DNA of 64,000 bases from a virus: positions 1 to 64,000 of IMG/VR virus record IMGVR_UViG_3300046484_000054; one strand, given 5' to 3'. Each line of letters starts with the position of its first letter. Position 1 is the first letter of the stretch. The notes under the pieces were generated by a model. That model had not been told where the DNA came from and did no database searches. It saw only the letters and a list, made by a program, of their open reading frames with translations. The position numbers and the translations under genes are program-made. This document shows positions 29,414-39,349 of the stretch, in pieces.

Positions 29414-30072
29414 ACATCAAATGCGTCCACTTATTAAGCCGACCAGACGATCAGCGTGAGAAGCGGTCGGTGGAACAGATTTCTCAACTTCCCAAGCATG
29501 GGATTGAAAGAGTTGAGATCATCAATCCCCCCTGGCGCGGCGAACTCCCGCCATGCCGGGAGGCAAATGACAGACCGTTCATTTTGACCGAGGGACATTA
29601 CGGGTGCTGGAAAGCACACAAAGATGCCATCACCGAATATCTGCATGATGTGGATGCGTTGCTGGTGTGCGAGTGCGATTGCCTTCCGGTTGGGTCAATG
29701 GATGATTTTGTTGCCAGAATACACCGCGCTGCCGAGTGTTGTGTTACTGGAAATCTTGACGCCTTTACGCTCGGCTACCGGCATGGTGGAAAAACATTGG
29801 ACACCATTGGCGACGATGTGATTGTAATAAACCAGTGGGTTGAGACGCATTGCTATGTGATTCCAATGAAGTCTCGCAAGTTGTTTTTGGATTTATTCGA
29901 CAAGCCGTGGGACACATTTGATTATTGCACCACGATTTATTTGTGCGAACAGCAACATCGCAGGATAGGCGCTTTTGCCGATCATCCGGCGGCAGTTCAG
30001 GCGGATGGAGAATCTTTGCTTAACGGAGTTGTAAAAACCACGGAAGATTACTACCGACACGCGAAACACTGA
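29410..30072 (+). CDS. GT25-like (LPS-type) glycosyltransferase
   Basis: ILTEGHYGCWKAHKDAI resembles the GT25 l-t-x-g-E-x-G-C-x-x-S-H signature. Confidence 0.5.
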   Translation: MNIKCVHLLSRPDDQREKRSVEQISQLPKHGIERVEIINPPWRGELPPCREANDRPFILTEGHYGCWKAHKDAITEYLHDVDALLVCECDCLPVGSMDDFVARIHRAAECCVTGNLDAFTLGYRHGGKTLDTIGDDVIVINQWVETHCYVIPMKSRKLFLDLFDKPWDTFDYCTTIYLCEQQHRRIGAFADHPAAVQADGESLLNGVVKTTEDYYRHAKH

Positions 30073-30077
30073 TAGTT

Positions 30078-30827
30078 ATGAAAATCATCTTCGTCTCCAC
30101 AATCAACGATGATATTTACTCCGGTTACGAGGACGCAAAGTGTCTGGCTCGTAAATTTTCAGGGTGTGATGTAATATGCCTTGATTCCTCGCACGGCGGT
30201 TCCCGCGACAAGGAATTTGTAACAGTGACAGATAAGCGTTCTGCTAAAATTAACAAACTTGCATTTTGCGGACTGCGGCGTTTTTGGATTGCGATGGATT
30301 TTATAGAGAAAGAAAAACTGAATCCTCCATTCATCTTTCCAGATTGGGATTACATGATTTTTCAGAATCTTACGCTGGCGTTTGATCCGTTCATGCAATA
30401 CGACTGGGCGACTTCAATTCACAAGGATGGGAACATGCTGGCTGCTCACTTTGTCACCAACATGGACGCGCTTCACGAGTTTTTCAGGCTGACAATGGAA
30501 CTGGCTCAAAGCGTCCCAGACAAAAATCTTATTGATGGATTTCACGACATGGCGATCTGGAAAATGATTTACGAATCCCATGTCTTTAAGGCTGGAAATA
30601 CGATGGAGGTTCATAACGGAAGCACGTTTGATTGCGGGATGCACCTTCCAAACGCAGGAACCCCCGCTTACAAGGCTGATTCCGACGGATATAAAACGCT
30701 TTCGTGGAAGGATGGCAGGCCGTATTTTGAGACGGTTGACGGCCAAGCGGTCAAGGCCAACTGGATTCACTGTTGGGGGAAATACAAAACCAAAACGCAA
30801 GACCTCCTTTCAAGGGCAAAACCATGA
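30078..30827 (+). CDS. hypothetical protein, possibly glycosyltransferase-like
   Basis: FPDWDYMIF (DxD-like) only. Confidence 0.4.
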   Translation: MKIIFVSTINDDIYSGYEDAKCLARKFSGCDVICLDSSHGGSRDKEFVTVTDKRSAKINKLAFCGLRRFWIAMDFIEKEKLNPPFIFPDWDYMIFQNLTLAFDPFMQYDWATSIHKDGNMLAAHFVTNMDALHEFFRLTMELAQSVPDKNLIDGFHDMAIWKMIYESHVFKAGNTMEVHNGSTFDCGMHLPNAGTPAYKADSDGYKTLSWKDGRPYFETVDGQAVKANWIHCWGKYKTKTQDLLSRAKP

Positions 30828-31483
30828 ACATCACCATGCCTGAAATAATCGCCGCAGCAACCGACCCTGTGACGAAACGCTGCCTTGCCGAAATCTGGTC
30901 AGCAATGCCGCCGTCTGTCGCGCTCACGCCATCGGTTGAGCAGATGGCCAATGCGTGCCTCAAGAAAGAGACTTGGGCTGACATTCATACTTGCGTTTTC
31001 GCCTGCGCCAGACACGCCAGCCGCTACCTTGAGATTGGAGTTCGGCGTGGCCATTCCATCATCCCCGCAATGGTGTCCAACCCGATGCTGTCGGCCACCG
31101 CCGTTGATGTGTGGTCTGGTGACTACAGCAAGGAGCCGAACACGGTGAAGATGTTCGAGGACACGCTTGATTATTTGGGCATCGGATTCGTCGCCATCTT
31201 CCAAGGCGACTCAAAGGTGATCCTTCCCCAGTTTGAGGTTGAGGGAAACAGATTCGACCTGATAACCGTTGACGGAGATCACGAAAGCGAACCGGCTGCG
31301 ACTGACTTGCGTAACGCCGAGAAGTTGCTTAAGCCGGGCGGTGTGCTAATCTTCGACGACATCAATCATCCCAGCTATCCCGGACTGCTCGAAGTTTGGA
31401 AACTGTTCAAAGCGGCATTTCCGACTTGGGAATTCCATGAGTTTGATTATGGGACGGGGACGGGGATTGGGATTAAACATTAA
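30824..31483 (+). CDS. class I SAM-dependent methyltransferase (small-molecule or sugar O-MTase-like)
   Basis: YLEIGVRRGHS (motif I), DLITVDGDH, GGVLIFDDI; ATGA overlap with the upstream gene. Confidence 0.65.
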   Translation: MNITMPEIIAAATDPVTKRCLAEIWSAMPPSVALTPSVEQMANACLKKETWADIHTCVFACARHASRYLEIGVRRGHSIIPAMVSNPMLSATAVDVWSGDYSKEPNTVKMFEDTLDYLGIGFVAIFQGDSKVILPQFEVEGNRFDLITVDGDHESEPAATDLRNAEKLLKPGGVLIFDDINHPSYPGLLEVWKLFKAAFPTWEFHEFDYGTGTGIGIKH

Positions 31484-31489
31484 ACACTT

Positions 31490-31723
31490 ATGAAAAACAA
31501 AAATACAATTACTCAACGCGAACATCCTGAATACGGGACTTTCAGTAAATCAAGATTAACCAAAGCAGATAGAAATAGAATCAAGGAGCCTTTTGATGAT
31601 ACCGTCGCGGATGCGGTGTTTGCGGTGTGTATAAACAGCGGAATTGTCAATCCAGACGATTTACTGCCTGAAGCTCATGGGCGAATGGTTGGGAAGGGGC
31701 TAATCACTTCTCCAACGCCTTGA
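31490..31723 (+). CDS. hypothetical small protein (77 aa)
   Basis: ORF track; its 3' end converges on and overlaps the minus-strand gene by 20 nt. Confidence 0.35.
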   Translation: MKNKNTITQREHPEYGTFSKSRLTKADRNRIKEPFDDTVADAVFAVCINSGIVNPDDLLPEAHGRMVGKGLITSPTP

Positions 31724-33575
31724 CCTCGAAACGACTGATTGAAGCACCGCCAGCCGTCGCGGGAGAGTCGTCGGGATTGGCAATGGTAATCTGATAATAA
31801 AGGAACTTTCCTTGATAAAGGAATGTCCACCTCAATGCCTTGTTTGGGTAAATCCCAAAGGCTGCATATTGCTCCGGCGTCATGTCCTCCTGACAGCCGA
31901 TGACTTTGTTTGAGAGTTTGTGCCACACCACGCCACAGCCCGCGACTGTTCGATTTGGGTCAAGGGCTTCTCCCGATACACCTATGCTCAACTGGAAAAC
32001 GGTTCCGGCATTTACCTCCGGCGCGGCATCAATCAGGAACATCTTAATTAGCTTCCGCTTGTTGAACTGGCCAAAGGGGAAGATGCCACGCAGGATCGGC
32101 GAATAGCCCGTCAAAGAGAATGTGTCGGTTGCTGGTGCGTAAATCTCACGCGCATAGTTAAGTCCGAACTGTTTGATACAATAATCTGCACCGTTTGCCC
32201 CAAGGAAAACCGACACCATGTTGTCCGGGTCTTGACCGGCGATGTCCTGTATGAAGTTAACAAGTGCGTTGCTGCCATAATCGCGGTAGTCGCACGTCTG
32301 ATATTGGGTGTTGCAGACGAGTGTGTGCCGGTTCAACCCACTGTTTAATGCCCCTGTCGGTGCATTGCACTCTTGGGAACCTGCCACTTGAATTACTTCC
32401 ACAACTGGCCATGAGAAATGGAGTTCCTTTGTGTCCGGCCAATACTCGCCAACCGGCGATTGCACGGCGTTGGCGTCAATCTGCGTCGGCAGCGCATCGT
32501 AGATGACCGCCGACGAGGGGTAAATCCAGTCAGTCCTCACCGGCTCGACCATGTAGGGGTCAAATTCATAGATGGCATCGCGCCCCATGTAATACATCTT
32601 GTTCCCGGTTGAAACGAGCGTGTTTGGATACGCCAGACATTTGCTTTTATTCTTCGGCTCGGTGTAAATCTTGAAGCAATTCAGGACTGCGGAAGGCGGA
32701 ACTCCGACCGTTGGAGGACTCACTAACAGATTTGCAGCAATTCCTGGGTCAAACGTGAAATTGCAGCGCCAGATGCTCCGGTCGGTGAAAACATACAAAA
32801 ATCCCTGACAGGGCACGGCGTTCAGGATGCGTTCGCCATAATCCAAGTCCTGATAATCGGAAATGCTTGAAGGAAAAAGTATGGTATCACCCCAATCCGT
32901 GCCATCGTTCAAACCAGACCATCGGATACGGCTGGCAAACCGAACACCGCTCTCCTTGATGTTGAGCAGCAGGATTACGCCGTTCCAAGAGATGACGCGA
33001 GCAACGTCCGTCACCGGCCCGCCATCCTCTGCTGCGGTTTGAAGCCCGGTCAGAGCCGTGAAGTGGGGGTCGGCCAGATAATGGCAAAGCACCGACCCGT
33101 AACCGTTGGTCAAAAACACCTTGTTTTGGAGTTCGGCACCGTTGAACCGCACTTGCGTCTTGTTTGGCGACCCATCAGCGCCAAAACCACTGCCAATAGT
33201 GTCCCAAATCCCCGTTGACTCGTTCAATCGCATGAACCTTGTTTTGGTGCCAAGGAATAACCTGCGCACGCCTTCGTTGTCGGTTGACGCGAAGAACATC
33301 GTCACCGGCTCGCGCTTGGCGATGTCCGCGCCGTTGAATCCCGAACCTTGATCGTGAAAATCCCAGTTCTTGTAGGCGCAATTCTGCTGTTGTAAGAGCG
33401 GGAACTGGTATGGACGGCCAAAGCCGTGAGCTTGGCGCAGTTTGCCGTCCGCACTGATCTCAAAGTTTTGTTTCCAACTGAAAATGCCACTGGGCAATAA
33501 ATCCACCGAAGTTCGGCAATCAAAAATTGCCGTCAGCGGACTCATACTAACCGATTTGAAAGCGTCACCAGCCAT
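31704..33575 (-). CDS. tail-associated structural protein (623 aa), possibly beta-propeller-like
   Basis: Last gene of the morphogenesis operon; repeated strand-rich segments. Function assigned by position only. Confidence 0.5.
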   Translation of the reverse strand: MAGDAFKSVSMSPLTAIFDCRTSVDLLPSGIFSWKQNFEISADGKLRQAHGFGRPYQFPLLQQQNCAYKNWDFHDQGSGFNGADIAKREPVTMFFASTDNEGVRRLFLGTKTRFMRLNESTGIWDTIGSGFGADGSPNKTQVRFNGAELQNKVFLTNGYGSVLCHYLADPHFTALTGLQTAAEDGGPVTDVARVISWNGVILLLNIKESGVRFASRIRWSGLNDGTDWGDTILFPSSISDYQDLDYGERILNAVPCQGFLYVFTDRSIWRCNFTFDPGIAANLLVSPPTVGVPPSAVLNCFKIYTEPKNKSKCLAYPNTLVSTGNKMYYMGRDAIYEFDPYMVEPVRTDWIYPSSAVIYDALPTQIDANAVQSPVGEYWPDTKELHFSWPVVEVIQVAGSQECNAPTGALNSGLNRHTLVCNTQYQTCDYRDYGSNALVNFIQDIAGQDPDNMVSVFLGANGADYCIKQFGLNYAREIYAPATDTFSLTGYSPILRGIFPFGQFNKRKLIKMFLIDAAPEVNAGTVFQLSIGVSGEALDPNRTVAGCGVVWHKLSNKVIGCQEDMTPEQYAAFGIYPNKALRWTFLYQGKFLYYQITIANPDDSPATAGGASISRFEVKALEK

Positions 33576-33576
33576 T

Positions 33577-36500
33577 TTAAGTGATAGTCAAATCCCAAGA
33601 GTCCAGCGTTCCTGCATTAAGTGGCGTATCGTCAATGCACCACAAACTCCATGCCCCATTTGGATTCAGACCATTGAAAACTGATAGGGTTATTCCATAA
33701 GGATAAATCGGGGCTGGGGGTGTTATCGAACTGGGCACATTGTAAGCTTTTGGTTTGAATGTTCCGCTTGCAAGTGCGTTTGTGTCGCTTAAAAAACTTC
33801 CGGCAGTGTCGTCAAACACAAGATCAATGCCAAGTGACACCGCGTGTGCGTCTCCACAATGCCCCATCAGCACACACGTTTGTCCTGTTGGCGCGAGTAG
33901 GACCATCACGACATCAGAAGGATACGTGTGAACAAATTTGTTTAGTGCAACCGTCACTTTGCTAATTGTTCCGGTAAATCCACTGACATATTTGACAGAT
34001 GGATACGGCGTGGCATTTCCAACGGAATTGATGATAATACGTTGGCCATTATTTGACCCAGTGCAATCAAGTTCGGCATTTGCCGCTGCGGTAGCGGCAG
34101 CTATAGCCTTGTCATCTGCGTCCGATTGGCTGACAAAGCTGGTTCCAGTGGCCGATTTATCCACCGCGTTGCCCAAACTTCCAACTGGACAAGTCGCATG
34201 AAACGATTTGGCCGAGGTGAAAAACGGCTTGCAGTTCAACAGCAAATGCGCGGCAGCAGTCGCGGCGACAGTTGCCTTGTTGTCAGCATCTCCCTGACTG
34301 TTGCTTATGCGGGTTGAACTGGCACAGACCGATGAATCCCCTATTAGGGGGCCGAACAGTGACAACACAAGTCCGTCGCCCAAGGAAACTGGAGGATTCT
34401 GCGCGGGTTGCGTTATGGTCATCCGATAGAATTTGTAATTGGCCAAGGTCTGCAATATAAATGACTTTGTTTCTCCCAACTTCCATAAAAGTCCGCCGTA
34501 TGTGGCGAGCGTTTGCCAATTTGTCTGGCCGTCATTTGAACCAATCAGGTAGAACGCCGTTATTGGGTTGATGCCATTGATTTGCTTTATCGAAAATCCA
34601 AGAACTAAAGTTTGGTCGTTGAATTCCGCTCGGATTGACATGGGCGGTTGTGAATTGTCATACAAATCTGGGACAAGCGGTGTTGTTGATGGCTTTAAGT
34701 TGATGGTTCCATCCGGGCAACTAACACAAACGCGCTTTGTGCTCGTGTAATTTTGGGCGATCTGTCCAGTTGTCTCGATGTCGGGCAGCGGGCTTGGGTC
34801 TTGAACCTGTGTGTCAGACGGACTGTTAGAACACTCATTATAGCAACATGAGTAGGCAACACCAGGAACAATTGTGACTGTCCCGCCGAACATCTGAATC
34901 TCGTAGATTATCACACCGTAGATTGACGGGTTTCCGCCCGATGGCGTTTCCCCTTTTACCATTGAAATGACAATCCGGTAATACGAATATGCGGTCGTGT
35001 TTGAGAAAGTGAAATTCTTGGTCAGGTCGCTTAAATCCGACCCCCACGCAACGCCGGTTCTGCTGTCAAGCGTCGTCCAATCAGCCCCATTGTTTGATCC
35101 CTGAAATTCCCAATCTCGCGGAAAATCGTTGTTTGCATACCCCTGTTGGCTTTGGTCAATCGTGTAGGCCACAACCACCACAGGATTGTCGAACTGGTAT
35201 TGCAACCAGGGCGCATCTTGTTCGCCGGCGATTACAGCCCAATTGGATGCCGCACCATCAAAGGCGTTCCATGCAAATTCAACGGGAATGGGGCCGGAGC
35301 CATAATTTATTTCAGGTTGGTATGATGAACTCGCAAGCCCGCTCGGCTCCGTGTTGCTGGTCATATTCGGAATCAACGCCGTCGCCGAGCCTATCACCGT
35401 CTCCGCGCCGCTGCCGCATCCGGGGAGTGCGAACTTGGAGTTCTCGCTATCAAAGTTGTCTGAAAACAGGTTGGTCAGAGTTGAAACCTCGTCGAATTTT
35501 ACGTTGTCCAATAGATTGCCATGCCACTCATCACCACTCAAAACCAACGATGGGCTGACTAATTGCTCAAAACTCAATTTCACGTTAGCAGAAAATGGGG
35601 CTACAAACGAAAATGAACTTGTCTGAAATGGATCGTTCCAATTCAGAGCCACCACATGCTCAAAGATGTTTGGGTCAGTTGAATTTGCCGTGGAACTCCG
35701 AACCGTTACCCTGACTGCCTGCTGCGAATTGGGCACATTAAGCCGGTTGTTTCCAGCGACATCGAACGAAATCTGGTAGGTGCGCCCGGCCACGATTTGG
35801 AACTCGTCAATGGTCTGAATTTTTGCCGCCGATTTAGCTATTGCAGTCAACCCGCCGGCAAGGTCAACGTAAAGTCCATTTCCAGGCAAAAGGTCAAGAA
35901 ATCCATTTCCAATCAGATTGACCATCCCCTGAACCACCTCCCAGTTGTGGAAGGATGAGAAATTCAGTTCTGGGTTGTTGGTTGCGCCGACAACGGGAGC
36001 GCAGCAACCCACGCAAAGGGCGTTTTTCAATTGGTTAATGCGCTCAAACACCCCAGTTGTGTTGTCAGACAGGGCATTGATGAAGAATCCGCCTGTGGAA
36101 ATCCGCTCCAAGAGGTCAAAACCGCCCCCAGACGCCCGCAAACCGATGGCCGCGATAATCCCGCCGTCCGCCTTGAAAGACGCCGCTGCGTTAATCACCG
36201 CTTGAACGTCGGTGTCTGTGGTTTGTTCTCCGTCACTTGCCAAAAAGATGATTTTCTCATCGGCGATGGCCGAATCAAGGTCAGCAATTGCGGCTTCCAA
36301 AGCCAATAATAGGCTTGTTTTGGATTGTGTTTGGGAAACTCCGTCAATTTCGCTTCCAAGTTCCGTTGCGTCATTCAACCAGCCGGTTGAAATGCCATCG
36401 GGCGTATCAGAAAAAGACCACAACTTGATGAGGTCTTTTGACTGAACTGTGTCCGCATATTGGTGCGCCGCTGCACGGGCGAAAGAAAGACGCGAGGCGT

Positions 36501-36951
36501 AAATGCCTCCGAATGCCAGACTCATCGAGAGTGAGTTATCAAACAAGATTGCCGTTTTTGCCTGAATCTGGTCACAGCAATTGCCGGTCAACACGGTGAC
36601 ATCTGCGGTCGCCGTCAATTCATCCTTGGACGCCGTTATCACCACCGATCCTTCGGTCAAGCCGCTTCCCGAACCGCTGTTGACTCCGATTGCAAAAATG
36701 CCGGGGTCGCTGCTTGAGAAGGTGATGCCAGACACAACTTCAGTTTCCACCCCATTCAGATATTCAAAAACCTTGAATTCAGTTGAGCCGGGAGCGCAGA
36801 TGAGCGCGGTTTCCGGTTTGATAACCAGATAAGAGTTGCTGCAAATGTCGGGATGCGCCGCTGCGAATGCCGAGTCAGAACAACGCAAGTCTGGCGCGGA
36901 TGGTGTCGCCTGTTTCGCAACGCAATCTTCAATTGTGAGCAGGTCAAACAT
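33577..36951 (-). CDS. multidomain tail or receptor-binding protein (1124 aa)
   Basis: Ig-like segment near the N-terminus. vWA-like MIDAS ILFDNSLSMS. Two galactose-binding/discoidin-like segments (WNAFDGAASNWAV...). Two S-x-S-x-ADx(n)C repeats. C-terminal P-domain-like end NGAWSLWCIDDTPLNAGTLDSWDLTIT. Confidence 0.7.
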   Translation of the reverse strand: MFDLLTIEDCVAKQATPSAPDLRCSDSAFAAAHPDICSNSYLVIKPETALICAPGSTEFKVFEYLNGVETEVVSGITFSSSDPGIFAIGVNSGSGSGLTEGSVVITASKDELTATADVTVLTGNCCDQIQAKTAILFDNSLSMSLAFGGIYASRLSFARAAAHQYADTVQSKDLIKLWSFSDTPDGISTGWLNDATELGSEIDGVSQTQSKTSLLLALEAAIADLDSAIADEKIIFLASDGEQTTDTDVQAVINAAASFKADGGIIAAIGLRASGGGFDLLERISTGGFFINALSDNTTGVFERINQLKNALCVGCCAPVVGATNNPELNFSSFHNWEVVQGMVNLIGNGFLDLLPGNGLYVDLAGGLTAIAKSAAKIQTIDEFQIVAGRTYQISFDVAGNNRLNVPNSQQAVRVTVRSSTANSTDPNIFEHVVALNWNDPFQTSSFSFVAPFSANVKLSFEQLVSPSLVLSGDEWHGNLLDNVKFDEVSTLTNLFSDNFDSENSKFALPGCGSGAETVIGSATALIPNMTSNTEPSGLASSSYQPEINYGSGPIPVEFAWNAFDGAASNWAVIAGEQDAPWLQYQFDNPVVVVAYTIDQSQQGYANNDFPRDWEFQGSNNGADWTTLDSRTGVAWGSDLSDLTKNFTFSNTTAYSYYRIVISMVKGETPSGGNPSIYGVIIYEIQMFGGTVTIVPGVAYSCCYNECSNSPSDTQVQDPSPLPDIETTGQIAQNYTSTKRVCVSCPDGTINLKPSTTPLVPDLYDNSQPPMSIRAEFNDQTLVLGFSIKQINGINPITAFYLIGSNDGQTNWQTLATYGGLLWKLGETKSFILQTLANYKFYRMTITQPAQNPPVSLGDGLVLSLFGPLIGDSSVCASSTRISNSQGDADNKATVAATAAAHLLLNCKPFFTSAKSFHATCPVGSLGNAVDKSATGTSFVSQSDADDKAIAAATAAANAELDCTGSNNGQRIIINSVGNATPYPSVKYVSGFTGTISKVTVALNKFVHTYPSDVVMVLLAPTGQTCVLMGHCGDAHAVSLGIDLVFDDTAGSFLSDTNALASGTFKPKAYNVPSSITPPAPIYPYGITLSVFNGLNPNGAWSLWCIDDTPLNAGTLDSWDLTIT

Positions 36952-36952
36952 A

Positions 36953-38797
36953 TTAGTGGATATTCATGCCCCCGCCCGTTCCATATGATTTTCTACAAGT
37001 ATTCCAATACCACTGTTGCAACGCGAGATATTTTGTCATGGCTTGGGAATTCGCATCTGATTGGGACTTACCATTCACCGTCAATTGGCCATTGGCTATT
37101 GCGGTGGGGTTGTTCTCCACAATAAGACTGTGTGCATTGAAGAGGATTGTGATCGTAAAATTGTAATATCCTGGTAATATGCAAGCGCCCTGTGGAAATT
37201 GACCCGAAAGATGAACTTGCGTTAAGACACTATGAACCGTCACCGTATTCGAGCAACCCACAAGTCCGGCAGCGGCATCAGCCTCGGCTTGCGCTTTGGC
37301 TAGATTGTCCGCATTGGTTTGGTCTTGCACAGGATTAAACTCGCCAACAGGGTTGGTGAAACTAAATTGTTTCGCCCCAACTGTGGCCGTGTTGGTGTTG
37401 GCATGGGCTGTCGGACAAACAGCCGTGGACTGTTGTGGCGCATTCCAGAATTTGCAAACCAACTGCGATTCGGCAAGTGCTTTTGCGTTGTCCAATGCAG
37501 CAGCATTGGCAATATCAAGTCCTCCGGGATTGACTGTGGAGAAAAATTGTCCTGCTGGAATTGAGACTTTAACCGATGTCCCCTCCGCCGCCGGAATGTC
37601 CCCGCTCTGGCCCGGACAACTTGCGATATAGTCTGGCTGCGCCTCATTGCACCATCCCCAAATCCCATTGTGCCAGCAATTACCAGTCAAGGGGTCGCCG
37701 TCGCCACCGTCGCCAGGAGGAGCGGACATACACCTTTCAAGCGCAAGTGCCTGGGCTTGGTTGGTCGCAGTGGCATTTGCGTCGGCCACTGAATTTGGAC
37801 TTGAGACCGTATTGGCTGGAGCAGTCCACGCAACGGTGTTACTTGTCGAACCGGACGGGCAATTTACAGTGCCACTCAAAAACTCGTTCCAGAACAACGA
37901 TGATGGACTTGGTGTAGGCTGGCCGGTCACGGAATCAGCCGAACCCATGCCACGCGCAGAATCGCCACGACCACCAGCCTCAACACAATCTCGGATTCGG
38001 TTTTGTTCGCGACAATCGTGAATCAATTCCCGGCGCAAATTGAAGTATTGGGTTTCAAACGCATCCCGCTTCTCCGGGTTTTCCTCAAAATACAGGTAGT
38101 GCTGCCATGAAACATAAGCGACAACCGCTTGATAAAACTTGATGCTATCCTCCACGCCATCGGCATCATTCCAGAAACTTTTCTGGCCGTTCCATTCAAT
38201 GACCAAGGCTTCATCAGACTCAATCCAAGGCGCAATGTAAATCCGACCGCGATATATCGCATACACTCCGCCACGGGATCGAAATCCAGCATCCGTTGAG
38301 GCTTGTGGATAATGAAATCCCGGCGGCAAAGCGGGGAGTGATGTCAGCCCCACATCGGTTGGTGCTGGATAACTTGTTTTACGGCGGCGATTGCCGAAGA
38401 TGCCTGAGAAAATTGACGCGGCAACAACTGCATTTTGGGATGTAGTGCGTTGACGGATATGGACAAACTTTTCGATATGGCAGTAGTCAACTTGCTCATA
38501 ATAAACCTTAGAACACCATTCCTCTTTTGCGGGCGAAGTCGCGCAATTCGATTTGCCGATTGTATAGACGCTCAAGATTTCCCCACGCGGCGCGGGCAGA
38601 ACGGTCATCCCACAGTTGAAGTAGGTCGAGCAACTTGGATGAACCGATAGGTGGTTCATTTTTAAGCAGTCCACCGACTTGCACAAATCGGCGAGCGCGC
38701 CTTGAAAATAACCATCGTGGACGGTGAGGAGATTTTCCTGTTCCCCGGCTGGGAAGCAATCGGCGCGGGCGCGTGCTTTAAGGGTGGCGAAGTCCAT
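36953..38797 (-). CDS. structural protein (614 aa) with four Cys-capped Ala-rich repeats
   Basis: Repeats SVADANATATNQAQALALERC, LDIANAAALDNAKALAESQLVC, TNADNLAKAQAEADAAAGLVGC, QSDANSQAMTKYLALQQWYWNTC. Confidence 0.6.
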   Translation of the reverse strand: MDFATLKARARADCFPAGEQENLLTVHDGYFQGALADLCKSVDCLKMNHLSVHPSCSTYFNCGMTVLPAPRGEILSVYTIGKSNCATSPAKEEWCSKVYYEQVDYCHIEKFVHIRQRTTSQNAVVAASIFSGIFGNRRRKTSYPAPTDVGLTSLPALPPGFHYPQASTDAGFRSRGGVYAIYRGRIYIAPWIESDEALVIEWNGQKSFWNDADGVEDSIKFYQAVVAYVSWQHYLYFEENPEKRDAFETQYFNLRRELIHDCREQNRIRDCVEAGGRGDSARGMGSADSVTGQPTPSPSSLFWNEFLSGTVNCPSGSTSNTVAWTAPANTVSSPNSVADANATATNQAQALALERCMSAPPGDGGDGDPLTGNCWHNGIWGWCNEAQPDYIASCPGQSGDIPAAEGTSVKVSIPAGQFFSTVNPGGLDIANAAALDNAKALAESQLVCKFWNAPQQSTAVCPTAHANTNTATVGAKQFSFTNPVGEFNPVQDQTNADNLAKAQAEADAAAGLVGCSNTVTVHSVLTQVHLSGQFPQGACILPGYYNFTITILFNAHSLIVENNPTAIANGQLTVNGKSQSDANSQAMTKYLALQQWYWNTCRKSYGTGGGMNIH

Positions 38798-38801
38798 TTA
38801 A

Positions 38802-39275
38802 TTATGGCGTCTCGAAATCTTCTATCTGAACCTGCACCTCTGATTGTTTCCGGGCGCGGGCGCGCAAAGCTGCGAATGACGGAACTTCCTGCGCTGCGGA
38901 TGCGTTCTGCGACGTGGCGGGTCTAGCGGTGTTTTCCACAAACTCCACAGCCGCCTGTTTTCCTCGGAATGGTTCCGGCGGCTTTGACGTTCGCAACTGA
39001 CCGAGGATGTCTAATCGCCGCTGCGATGGCCGTGAGCTTGTCTTTTTTTTTTCGGCTTCGTAGATTTCCGCGCTGATGCGGACAATCCCGCTTCTGCGGG
39101 CATCCGCGCAGGCATCCAATACCCCGATCACGCCAGCATCGTTTCCCTCATCAAGTTGGATAAGTCCGATTCCGGTGGCGGCGCGGGAAAATTGAATCTG
39201 CTGGCCGTTCTGGTCGAACACCATGTTTTGGCTGACCTGTTTGAAGTATTGCATGGCTTTCAGTTTTTTAATCAA
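38802..39275 (-). CDS. hypothetical structural-module protein (157 aa)
   Basis: ORF track; located between the capsid and tail genes; contains an A10 homopolymer (KKK). Confidence 0.5.
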   Translation of the reverse strand: MIKKLKAMQYFKQVSQNMVFDQNGQQIQFSRAATGIGLIQLDEGNDAGVIGVLDACADARRSGIVRISAEIYEAEKKKTSSRPSQRRLDILGQLRTSKPPEPFRGKQAAVEFVENTARPATSQNASAAQEVPSFAALRARARKQSEVQVQIEDFETP

Positions 39276-39349
39276 AAATGAGCGGCGGCACCAAATGTCC
39301 GCCGCTCATCAACATACCTTAACCCACCGAACTTTACCACACCAAAATG

